Below the pieces are notes generated by a model. The model had not been told where the DNA came from. It saw only the letters and a program-made list of their open reading frames with translations, and did no database searches. A program made the translations under genes and the position numbers. Shown here piece after piece: positions 36,519 to 48,062 of a stretch of DNA of 64,000 nucleotides (the stretch's first letter is position 1; each line of letters begins with the position of its first letter). This DNA is from Felis catus (Eukaryota), in contig NC_058383.1 of the NCBI RefSeq assembly GCF_018350175.1, positions 29,824,001 through 29,888,000 of the forward strand, read 5' to 3'.

Positions 36519-36608
36519 AAAAATAAATAAAAACATTAAAAAATTTTTTTAAACAGTTGGTCTTACGATCTGACCAGGCTAATATTCTCCATCCAAGGTT
36601 CCTTATTT

Positions 36609-36638
36609 AAACAAACAAACAAACAAACAAACAAACAA
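36609..36638. repeat. (AAAC)n microsatellite
   Basis: Seen directly. Confidence 0.9.
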
Positions 36639-36818
36639 AAAAAGGTAACTCTAGAATGTCCTGCCCGTGTACAGTGAGGTACGCCTGAACAGGAATAATC
36701 TTTGTTTGGATAACGTTGTGCAAAAGATAGACTTAGTTAGAAAAGTCGCTTTGATAGTGAATGCCAATGATTGATTCTACGTGACTTAGATGCCACACTG
36801 TAACCATACCTCAATGTG

Positions 36819-37031
36819 TTTTTTTTTCAAAAATTTTTAACATTTATTTATTTTTGAGAGACAGCATGAGTGGGGGAGGGGCAGAGAGAGAAGGAGGCTC
36901 AGAATCGGAAGCCTGCTCCAGGCTCTGAGCTGTCAGCACAGAGCCTCACGTGGGGCTCGAACTTGGGAACCGCGAGATCATTATCTGATCCGAAGTTGGA
37001 CGCTTAACCAACGGAGCCACCTAGGTGCCCC
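36819..37031 (-). mobile_element. CAN-SINE
   Basis: TSD tcaatgtgtt. Confidence 0.95.
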
Positions 37032-37499
37032 TCAATGTGTTCTTTTAACCTGAGTAGTTTACGAAGAAAGGTACTAAAAAAAATGAATTGGGGAGATCAA
37101 TCCTCCCATTTTGGAATAACTTTATATAGTTACTTCTAATTAACTTAAGCATATACTTGTATAAATATATGCAACATATGTAGCAGGATCTTTGGCTTTT
37201 ATAGGAGAATTTAATTATTAACTGTGCTTCCAGCTCAGCGAGAACCTATGCTTGTCACTTTTAGCTCTGTGGATGTCATCATCTCCGTGCTTCGTAAATA
37301 GTTTAAATTTGAATTCTCGGCCTCCTTGGAAGCTTAATTATGAGACACACCTGTGAAGTATTACCAATCTAGTTTTCAGGTTCTCTAAAATTTAGATTTT
37401 ATTGAAACCTGTTCATGGGAGAGCTGTGTACCTGGCACACATTGTTTTGCCTTTTGGAGAGAATTGCTTTGGCCCTACAATATGCAACTACAACAAATA

Positions 37500-38175
37500 T
37501 GCTCCCTCCCATCCATACTTGCATCATCACCATAGGCCAAAATGCCACTCTTTATCATCTGGATTATTCCAACACCTAACGTCAACCCCCTGCCCATCGC
37601 CCTTGCAATATTCTCTGTGGGTCCCCTACAATCTGTTCTCCCTTAGATGGCAAGTGATCTTTTCGAAATAAAAGTCTGATTGTGTCATCCATTTGCTAAA
37701 AACCCTTCAGTAGCTTTCTGTTGGTGCTAGGACACATGGCTTCATTGTCTGAGTCTTGTGTACCTGCTCAACCTCTTACTCCACAAGACTCCAGCCCTCA
37801 TTTCAGCCACACTGGCTCAAACTTGCCATAATAGCCTTCCTCCATGGGGCAGTTTCACGTACGGTACCTTCTGCTTGGAGTAAATACTCTTCTGTCTGTG
37901 TTCAGGAAAAGCCTACTCAGCCTTCAGATCTGAAGTCAATCAACTCCTTGGGTGAGATTAAATCATCAATCATACTGTATTATGACTGCATGCATTTCTG
38001 CTTGACTTGTTACATATATCTGTGTTTTGTTGACTTTTGCCTGAGTCTGTCCTTAGAAGCTACATTCCATGAGAGCAGGTATTTTGTATGTGTCTATTTA
38101 CCAAATTTGCACTCTACGGCAGAGTGCCTGGCATATAGTAGATGCTTAATAACTATGTTCAGAACCAATGAAGGA
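37500..38175 (+). mobile_element. L2 3' region
   Basis: tctgattgtgtca...aaaacccttcagtagctt...ttccatgagagcagg...gtgcctggcatatagtagatgcttaataa. Confidence 0.82.
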
Positions 38176-38429
38176 AACAACTCATCATTTTATTTATTGC
38201 GAGGATGGTTTTGAGGGTGTTTCCATTAAAATCTCCTTTCACTGAATACACAGTGTTGCACATTTTCTCTGGCTTCACCACCAGAGGTGAGCTACCTCAT
38301 AAATAATTGATTATTGAATTTTTTTCTATTAAGAATTAAGTAACTGGTTTTCCCATTTTGTGTGGCTTTTAAGAAGGTCATAGGGAAATTTAGCATTGAA
38401 TTTCAGCTGTTTATGTTCATTAACCATAA

Positions 38430-39205
38430 TATATTTACTTAGCAAAACTTTACAGAGCACTTGCAATGTGGAAAACACTATCCCAGGCACTAGAGATACA
38501 GGAGTGAGCAAAAGCAACTAAGATCTTCTCCTGAAGGGGTTTACATATTAATTCAGTAGTTGTTAAAGAGTTATACAAGATAAGTCTTACAATTGCAATA
38601 TTGAGATGTGTGTAGAAAATAAGTCTGTGGGGGGCGGCTGGGTGGCTCAGTGGGTTAAGTGTCTGACTTTGACTCAGGTCATGATCTCATGGTTCATGGG
38701 TTTGAGCCCTGCATTAGGCTCTGTGCTGATGGCTCAGAGCCTGGACCCTGCTTCAGATTCTGTGTCTCCCTCTCTCTCTGCCCCTCTACTACTGTGCTCT
38801 GTCTCTTGCTGTCAAAAAATAAACAAACATGTAAAAAACAGATGGGAAAAAAAATAAGTCTATGGGACTATGAGAACTTGGAATGGGAGGATTTGTTCTG
38901 GTCAAAGTAATGTTTATGGGGCTATCTGAAGGAGTAGATATTAATCAGGCAAAGTAGGGAAGGAAGGACATCCAGGGAAAACGTGAGCAAGTGTACTCCA
39001 GTAGAAAGAAACATGGTGAGTGGGAGAAACTGCAGTTAGGCCAATGTGGTTGGAAGGAAAAGATAAGGAGGAATGAGTGCAGATGAGGTTGGAGGGATAT
39101 GCAGAGTCCAGATTGGATAGAGTGTCTCGTAAAACTTGTTAAAGAAATCTGTGTTTATCTGGAGAACAATGGAAACTTGTGAAAGGCTTTTAAGGGTGGG
39201 GGCAG
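38430..39205 (-). mobile_element. L2 fragments split by a SINE
   Basis: gagcacttgcaatgtg...aggcactagagatacagg...gagaacaatggaaac. Confidence 0.65.
38631..38851 (+). mobile_element. CAN-SINE
   Basis: TSD aaaataagtct(g/a)tgg. Confidence 0.95.
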
Positions 39206-39276
39206 TTTTACTTTCAAAGGACACAAAGTTACTGTTGACTACAATATGGTGATCGCATATACATTATTTTATAGTC

Positions 39277-39486
39277 CTTTTTTAAAAAAAAATTTTATGT
39301 TTATTTCTGAGACAGAGACAGCGTGAATGGGGGAGGGGCAGAGAGAGAGGGAGACAGAATTGGAAGCAGGCTCCAGGTTCCGAGCTGTCAGCACAGAGCC
39401 TGATGCAGGGTTCGAACACACAAACCATGAGATCATGACCTGAGCCAAAGTGGGTTGCCCAACCAACTGAGCCACCCAGGCGCCCC
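39277..39486 (-). mobile_element. CAN-SINE
   Basis: Full antisense copy. Confidence 0.94.
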
Positions 39487-39544
39487 TTGGGTACAATATT
39501 TGGTCTTAATATTTGGTACAACATACCTTTTTCTTCCACAATAC

Positions 39545-39835
39545 TTTCTTTGGTCACATTCCCTAGAAATAGAGCCAGAGCAGAAATTTTTGTGCAAGTG
39601 GTTGGTTGAAAGAGTGTTCTCCAGAGGAGAGTCCAGTGTAGGGTAAAAAGCTCATGAAGGATGAGTTCATGGTGAAGACCAGCACCAGCCTGAGCCCACG
39701 GGGTGCTCTGGAGCATGCCTTGCATCCCAGAGTGGATCCCACCTTGACGCAAGGGAGCCAGCAAGGCTCAACTGTGAATCCAACACTTATAGCTGTTGTG
39801 AAGGGAAATCTGAGTGGGGCACCCAAAGCATCTGC
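39545..39835 (-). mobile_element. LTR16-like ERVL LTR
   Basis: ttccctagaaatagagcc...ttgtgcaagtg...gctctggagcat...cagagt...ccaccttga. Confidence 0.6.
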
Positions 39836-40212
39836 CAAAGTTTACTTTTTCTTGATTTGGAAGAGGTTCAATTTTTGCATATGTATTCACTTCATTAGTA
39901 ATAAATGCGTATGATTTTTTAAGAAGCTAAAAAGAGGTATAAAATATCTCTAGTTTTCTTCCCCAGAGGCAACCACTGTTAAGAATTTGTTACCTATCCT
40001 TTCAAAGGTAGTTCCTATGTGTTTATCTTTCCCTTTCTGTGAACCAGATTATAGTATAGTATTCCCATTCTGCACATTGTCCACTTAACAATGAAAGTTA
40101 CAGAGCATTCTGTATCAAAACAGGAGCGTTGCATCATCATTTGTAATGGCTGTAGAACACTGTGTTGTATGTATATACCATAATGTATTCACCTTGAGTT
40201 TTTCACTTATAA

Positions 40213-40414
40213 TTTTTTTAAGTTTATTTACTTTGAGAGAAAGAGAAAGCAGGGGACGTGCAGAGAGAGAGAGAGGGAGTGAGAGAATCCCAAGCAGGCT
40301 CCTCACCAGCAGCCCTGAGCCCTGTGCAGGGCTCAAACTCATGAACTGTGAGATCATGACCTGAGCTGAAACCAAGAGTTGGACATTCAAATGACTGAGC
40401 CACCCAGGTGCCCC
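40213..40414 (-). mobile_element. CAN-SINE
   Basis: Antisense copy, gagagaatcccaagcaggctcc type. Confidence 0.93.
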
Positions 40415-41377
40415 AGTTTCTCACTTAATAACCCTTATATAGATGTACTATGCATACATCTATAAGCCATCTCAAATACTTGAAATAGATTTGGAAGGCA
40501 AATAACAAACCAATGTATAGGGTCTCGTATCCTATGAGAGTTCATTTGGAAGACCAGTCATAGAACTTGGAAATACCACATTCAGGGAGGGAAATGTATT
40601 TTTTCCTGTATGACCCTATGGAGTCCAATTAGTGATGGATAGTCAATCAAGATATGACAGCTGGAGGACCATGGTCGAAACTCTTGTCATCTCATCTAAA
40701 CAAGGCAATAGTCCCAAGCCAATTTCAGAGCCTATTTAATAGGATTTCAAGGGATCCGTTATGACTACATCTGCAGTTCTCCAAACTTTGGTCCAGACTT
40801 CCATTATTGATGTAATGTAAAGCCTAATAAAATTTGTGTCTTAAAATAAAACAGTATGAACTTGATCTGGGCTCAAAGGCAACAGTGACAGTACCTGTTT
40901 CTATATCTTTGGGGATTGAATTATCTTCTTAAGTCATTGTTCAATGGAGCCCAATGGCTGAAATGGTTTCTGCCTGGTTGTGTTACAAAGTGAACAGCTG
41001 ACATTCTTACAAGATGAAGAGCTGCTTCAAAAGCTTAAGACAGAATCTTGGCTTCTCCCCTGAGACCGCCTGAGCAGCCATGATTCACGCTCTGTGGGCA
41101 CTAACATGGAGCTGGGCTGGGGTAGGGATTCTGGTGTTTCCTCAAGCAGAGCCTCCCTGGGTTCCTTCTCCATCCTTTCCAAAGGACAGATGCTCCATGG
41201 CCAGATGCCATGAGTGAAGCACTTGACCCCAAATTTAATGCAGCTCTGTGATTCCTGTTTGATTCTATATGAACCCATACGGATAGAGCTCAGATGTCTT
41301 TTTTTTCCCCCTCAGATAAACATATTTTACCAAGAAAACTAACACCTAGAATTACATTGTTTTAATTTATCTAAAAT

Positions 41378-41598
41378 TTTTTTTAATGTTTTTTTTTGGG
41401 GGGGGGGGAGAGAGAGAGAGAGAGAAATAGAGCATGAGTGGGGAGGGGCAGAGGGAGAGAGAGGCACAGAGTCTGAAGCAGACTCTAGGATCGGAGGTGT
41501 CAGCACAGAGCCCGACAAGGGGCTCGAACTTACAAATTGTGAGATCATGACCTGAGCTGAAGTCAGACGCTTAACAGACTGAGCAACCAGGCATCTCT
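41378..41598 (-). mobile_element. CAN-SINE
   Basis: Antisense copy. Confidence 0.9.
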
Positions 41599-42009
41599 GA
41601 CATTACATTTAAAGGGTTGCACTCAGAGTATTTTATATTGTCCAGTGTCCAGTTTAAAATGAAGGCACTATGTAAGTCTTTGAATAAGCCCTTTGTTGTC
41701 TGAGAATCAATAGATTGAGGTCATGTGATTGGTACCTGTATTATATTCACAATGCCTTACATTTGTTTCCTTTGGCTTTCTCTTTGGAAGAGAGAGAATT
41801 GATGAGCATGTGTCAACTACGTTATCCAACACTGCCCAGTGAAGGTGTTGAATAAGATACTCGTTATTAGTAAAACTGAATTTTTAAGTTGGTGCAGTGT
41901 CATATTGATGTATTATATATAAGACGGTCATTTCTCCTTTGGAGTTTATATTATTGATAGCCTACTGGGCCCTGGAATCTATCCAAGATGCAATGCTTCA
42001 TAATACTCC

Positions 42010-42120
42010 ATTAAGCCTCAGATTCCTCACATATAAAACAGTCATGAGATTGTTATAAGGATTCTATAAGATAGTTCATGTAAAGCTCTTGGCACAATGC
42101 TGGTGACAGAGTAATCCCTC
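42010..42120 (+). mobile_element. MIR fragment
   Basis: gcctcagattcctcacatataaaa...ttgttataaggatt...catgtaaagctcttggcaca. Confidence 0.65.
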
Positions 42121-42340
42121 ATCTGGTGTATTTTCAACAAACATCATTAATGAATGCCCTGCCTATATCAGGCGCTGTTCATGTATACCGACTAGGACTA
42201 TGATGCTTACATTCTAATTTGGTGATATTTAAGCAAATAATCAAGATATGTGTAGATAGTAATGAGTGCTATGAAGATGGCTAAACAATGTAATGTGATC
42301 AAAATCGAGCAGTTGAGGAGAGATGGTAAGGTGAAATGGG

Positions 42341-42858
42341 GTAGTGCACTAGTCTTGGACTGTTTGCCCTTCACTCCATCCTTTACACTTCCTTGTTGTG
42401 ATCATTATGGTTGGGGGGGGGGTATATAGCATGTGTTTCCTAAGCTTCTATGTCAGCTGGCTTCCAGATGGGTTTAGCCAATGCGAGACACTTGTGGAAA
42501 ATGAGAGGGGCAGGGAAGGAAGAGGCCAAGGTATTTTCCTCCCATCTCTGTCCTGGCTGGGTCCCTAGCAGTGGTTGCATTTCTTCTGTGGCTGTAACTT
42601 CTGCTGGGCTGGCCTCAAACTTCTTCCAGCTTCCACTTGGTGACGCTGGCTCATGGGATCTAATAATACCACTTCTTTCTTTTGGCTTTCCAGGCTTGGG
42701 TGTACTGAGTTTCCTGCTGTTGCAAATCTTTGGGTAGTCCTCCATTGTGTGGCTCCAAAGCTTATCCATCACATGTATAACTAATTGCCTATATTCAATT
42801 CCCTCTGTTTAATAAAGTTAGAAAGGTTTCCCCCTTCCTGGTTGGATCCTGCCTTGCA
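42341..42858 (+). mobile_element. LTR33-type ERVL solo LTR
   Basis: ctggcttccagatgggtttagccaatg...gaggccaaggtattt...ttcctgctgttgc...ttcctggttggatcctg. Confidence 0.7.
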
Positions 42859-42859
42859 A

Positions 42860-43890
42860 GAAGAGTTAGAGAAAATCTTTCTCTGATGCCAGTTGAGATA
42901 AAACCTGAAAGATAGGAAGGTAATCATGTGATGTGGAGGAAGAACATTCCAGAGAGAGGGAAGAGCAAGGACAAAAGTGTTGAGATTAGGGTGAACTTAG
43001 AGCATTTGAGGAACAAAGGAATAAATGAGCATGATTACAGCCTGGTGAGCAAGCAGGAGAGGGTATGAGACAAGTATAGAGAACTGGGCTGGTTGATGGA
43101 TGATCTTGTAGGCCAGAGTAAGCTTTCTGGATTTTATTTTAATTGTAACTGGAAGCCTCTGGAATGTTTTATGGTGAAAGAAGGGACCCATACATAATAT
43201 GATTGATATTGGAAAGAGATTGCCTTGGCAACTCTGTAAAGAATATTTTAGGTTTATAAGAGTAGAACAAAGACCTGTTCAGTGCTTATTGCCTATGATC
43301 TAAGCAAGACTTGATGTCAGCTTGGGCTAATGTAGAAGCTCAGGAAATAAAGAGAAATGGGAAGATTCCTGAGATGTTTTGGAGGAGAACCCACAGAGCT
43401 GACTTAGGAAAGGATTGAGGGCAAAACTGGAGTCAGGAGTGACCCCTAGACTTTTGGCCTTGAAATTTTAGTTGATGATATTGACCCAGATGAAGACTCA
43501 GGGAGTCACGGGTTTTCAGGGGAAAGAAAATACTTGATTTTGAATATGTCAAAGTAGAGACGTTTGCTTGACATGTAGATAGAGTTATCATATAAGGAGC
43601 TGTAGATCATGTCTGGTGCTCCAGAGAAAAGTCATGGTTAGAAGTATAGATATGGAGGCTCCTGGGTGGCTCAGTCAGTTGAACATCTGGCTCTTGATTT
43701 CAGCTCAGGTCATCATCTCATGATGGTGAGATTGAACCTTGTGTGAGGCTCTGTGCTGAGCACAGAGCCTGCTTGGGACTCTCTCCCTCTCTCTCTTTGC
43801 CCTCCCTCCTCCCAAATAAATAAATATTTTTTTTTTAAAGAAGTATACATATGGAAGTCAGTAGCACCAATCCTTGAGAATGGGTAAATT
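42860..43890 (-). mobile_element. L2 long fragment, continuing one at about 42135-42330
   Basis: gaagaacattccagagagagggaagagcaagg...ggattttatttt...ggaagcc...ggagtcaggagtgacccctag. Confidence 0.8.
43654..43838 (+). mobile_element. CAN-SINE
   Basis: TSD agaagtata(g/c)atat. Confidence 0.92.
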
Positions 43891-45499
43891 GCCAAGGAAA
43901 AAAAATACAGACACAGATGAACCACTGTTGTTGTTGTTGAATATAATTTATTGTCGAGTTGGCTAGCATACAGGGTACTGTTGTTGATTTTAATGTAACT
44001 ATTATTATCTTGCAACCAAGTTTCATTCTTCCTCAAAATGAAAACTTTGACCAGAGCTTGAGACACGCTGAGGTGAGAGAAGAAAATGATGAAAAAGTGT
44101 ATAGTGAGCAGCAAAATGACCAATTTGCCTAGAGTTTGTTAGGATATTCTTATCCATTTCTCTGCAGACCAGATGGCTAGCTGGGTAAGTAGTAAGTGTG
44201 ATGGATGGTCTGGGGCTGTGAGCATTACCTCCATGTGCAAGTTTTCTGGAGAGAGGCCCAGGCTAGTTCATTACAGAGTAGTGAATAAATCTGCTTCATA
44301 TTCATATTTGGTATGAATAATTGAATCATCCATACCAAATTCCCTTATATACAAATGTTTCATCAAGAATAAGACAAATTGTGATGAGTACCTTTGGGCG
44401 TGTAAAGATTTAGGTTTTTGTTGTTGTTGTTGTTATCAACAAGGAATATGAAACCATTTGTTTTTAAGGCCACACCGCCTCTTTCCAGAAAATTCTCCAG
44501 AGTACACCAAAGGAAATACTCAAGTATTTCAAAGCAAGAGCTGAGCAAGGCACAACGAGTTTGTATATGACCTCCATGTTCTCAGGTCATTGCTTAGTGA
44601 GTGTCCAGGAACCCAAGGAAGTTACTACTATTCTTCTTCAATGCCTGGCTCTTAGGCATATGTGTGGAGAAACCTTGATAAGAGAAAACGTTTCAAATAT
44701 TCACAGAAGATGGAATTAGGAGTGACGTTGGTGTTGCCATATGGAAGTCAAACACACCCAAGAATGACACCAACAGCAGAGTCTACAAGATGCTGTTTGT
44801 TGACGCTTTATCCAAGCCTTCTTTTAATGTAACATAAGTGCCCAGTTACAAACCTAACTTTTTTGGCTGTCCGTTTAATAAACTGAAAGACCATGGTCAG
44901 CTTTGTTAATTATAAGTGAGGACACGTACTGCTGCTTGCTAAATGGAAACAGCAAGACGATCCAGGGTTTCCTCTTCTCCAGGGCCAGATTCAGAGCAGG
45001 CCAGCCCTTGAGGGTGGGTTGGCAATCTCCGTAACATTGGTGACAAACTGACTTGTCCACATTCCTAAATGAAGCTCCACAAACCTACCAGAATTCAGAA
45101 CATCAAGATGTTAATGCTACCAGGGAGTCCCTCTTCCCTTGGACGCTGTCAGATAGAAGCCCAAATAGTGACCTCGTTCTGTTTTTACCCGTGAGTGCTG
45201 TGTATCTGTGGGTCTCTAATTTTTCTCTTCTCTTTTTATCCCCGTGGCCAATAATACATGGTAAGTCCATGAATCTATAATAATCATGTGTTCATGTAGC
45301 AGGGGTGGGATGGCAATAAAGACTCCAAATAGACCAACACAAGGCAAACCAAGTCTAACGATGGGGCACAACTATCTACCAGTTTCATTGTTGTTTTTTT
45401 GTTTTGTTTTTGGTTGATTGGTTTGATCTTTGGATACTGGAAGTTCTAAAGTGATTTCTCTAGGCAGTCCTCAGCATGGTACTTCTTTTCCATCTTTAG

Positions 45500-45925
45500 T
45501 GTGGCTCTCAGATCTCAAGACTTGTTATGAGTCTACGGTAACTGAATCAGGGTGGTACCGACATAGGTATAGCCCACTGGAACAGAATAGAGAGCCCAGA
45601 CGATAGAGGTGATATTACATACCGGTGGGAAAAAGTCAATGTTTTAATTAATGGTGTTGAGGTATTTGGTATCTATATGGAAAAACATCGAATTGGTTCC
45701 GTACTTCACACTATGCACAAAAATGAACTCTGAATTAAACACTTAAATGTACAAGCTTTTTAGAAGAAGATAGAGGTAGATGCTTTCATGAATTTAAGGT
45801 ATGGAAGGATTTCCTGAGTAAGACACCCAAAGAAAAATCCATAAAGAACATGACCAATACATGTAACCGTGTGAAAACTAAGCCTCTGTATTCATCAAAA
45901 GACATCATATGATGAGTGAAAATGA
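45500..45925 (+). mobile_element. Old L1 ORF2 fragment
   Basis: tggaacagaatagagagcccaga...aatggtgttg...cttcacactatgcacaaaaat...ttcatcaaaagaca. Confidence 0.8.
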
Positions 45926-46574
45926 AAAAGTTGGGGTTGTCTTCCTTTGATTCTCTTTGGGAATGTTAGTATATCAAGACAATCCTAAGCTATAAGAATG
46001 CAGAAAGATGTCAAGGCTACTCATAGGTGACAACTTAGGGTGACCTCATCTCTGTTATCTATGATCCCGTCCCTCCTATCAAAGAAAGAGGACAAATTTA
46101 GCATAATTGCTATTTCTTGCTTCTTATCCAGAGTATCAAAGTACTTTTGAACTACTCTAGCCAGAAATAAGCCCTGTGGCTTCCCCCTCCATTGCTAAAA
46201 GTGTAAAGTTTCTTCAAAGAACTAGAGTTCGTAAGTAAAAAATGTGTGCGAGTGTGTGTGTGTGGTGTGTGCGTGCATGCACATGTATTTAAGAAGCTCA
46301 AGACGCACTGAAAGCGAGTTTCTCCCCGAGTTTAAATGTCATACGTGGTCATTATAGAAAAAAATCTTCAATATGGAATACAAAAGAAAACTTAAGTCAT
46401 CCAATTTTCCTACTACTCTAGGGTCAAATACTATTAACGTTTTGATGCCTGTTTTTTTTTCTGTGTGTACCACATTGTAGGCACAGTATTAAATTCTAGT
46501 CCGTTCAGTTGATAATGCAAGCTTCCTCTGGGTTGTTACAAATTCAGTGGAAACATTATTTTTAATGGCAGCCT

Positions 46575-47050
46575 ATGGAAAGTGGCATACCGTAGGCTCC
46601 AGGGCCGTACTACCTAGGTGTCAATCCTATATTCACTATTTAGTAGCTGTGTGGTCTTGGGCAAGCTGCTAAGTATCTCTTGCTTCTGTTTCTCCATTTC
46701 TAAAATGGGCTAAAAAGAGTGTTTACCTCAGGGTGCCCGGGTGGCTCAGTCAGTTAAGCGTCTAACTTTGGCTCAGGTCATGATGTTGTGGTTTGTGAGT
46801 TTGAGCCCTGCAGTGGGATCTGCGCTGACAGCTCAGAGTCTGCTTCAGATCCTCTGTTGTCTTCTGTCTCTGCTCCTCCCCCACTCATGTGCTCTCTCAC
46901 TCTTGCTCTCTCTCTCTCTCAAAAATAAAGAAACATTAAAAAAAAAAAAAGAGTAGCTACCTCTTAGGAAGGGCTATTGTGAAGATGGAATTTGATACTT
47001 ACAAAATGTATAAAGATGTGCTTGGCAGGTAGTAAATGATAGTTGTTGTT
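46575..47050 (+). mobile_element. MIR split by a SINE
   Basis: tagctgtgtggtcttgggcaag...tctgtttctccatttctaaaatggg; resumes after the SINE. Confidence 0.8.
46730..46950 (+). mobile_element. CAN-SINE
   Basis: TSD aaaaagagt...tacctc. Confidence 0.93.
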
Positions 47051-47764
47051 ATCATTGTATGTTTAAAGGACCCTTCAGTTGGACTCAGGGATTAGCGCTG
47101 GAGCTTTTCTTGGTATCTTCTGATTACTCTCTGTACATAGAAGACCCTACCATCTGGGTTAAGGTCTCATGAGTATGCTAAAAGGCATCAGTTCAAATGG
47201 AGTAGTTTGGAGGTATTCAGAGGTTCAAGGCACAGGTGATCTTCCATTTGGTAGGAAAAAAAAACATTGGACACCTTCAGGGAGCCATTGCCAGAAGGCC
47301 CCAGTTGGCATCAGTGAGAACTGTTCGCTGGGGTTCACAGCACCTGCCCTGAGATGGGCTTCCTCCATTGGAGATGTTTGACTTGTCTCTTGATGCTACC
47401 TTTTCTTCATGTGGTCTCCATAGATCCATTCCCTATTTCCTTAGTCTTAGGTGGCACCTATGCCCCAAGATCATGCCCTATCTCTCCTCCCAACCAGGAA
47501 GAGAGATAGGGGGCATGATTGCCTACATTTCTCTTTACAGTCACTGATTGTTGCATGAACTCCATCAGCCAGCTTTCCCCAAAAGTGATTCCTTGTGACT
47601 TTCAAGGCTTATTTTGGAAATTACAGGACTGGATATGTTTCTTTCCTTCCATTCTTACCCTAATAATCCCCATTTCCTTCAAATGCCTCTGATTAGCTAA
47701 AAGGGCCATGTATAATGGAGTGCAGAACAGAAAAGCACAAAGATTAATATTGCAAGATATTAGC

Positions 47765-47940
47765 TCATCATAAATGAATGTATCATAATTTGCTTAGTCA
47801 CTCTCCTATTGCTGGACATTTAGATTATTTCCAATTTTTAGCTATTAAAACGACACTGTGATTAACATTGGTAAAAACCCTTTCATATTTTGGATGACTT
47901 AGGATGAATTACCAGAAATGGAGATCCTGCGTCAAATAAT
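47765..47940 (-). mobile_element. L1ME fragment
   Basis: cctattgctggacatttagattatttccaattttt...ctgtgattaacat. Confidence 0.65.
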
Positions 47941-48041
47941 ACCAAAATATAATAAATGCTTTAAGAATTTCCTTTCTTGTCTTAGGAATAGATTGCATTG
48001 CTTTATAAGACTGGTAGAAAATTAAGCATAGAAACAGTTTC

Positions 48042-48062
48042 TTTTTTTTTTTTTTTTTTTTT
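48042..48062. repeat. T21 homopolymer
   Basis: Seen directly. Confidence 0.9.
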
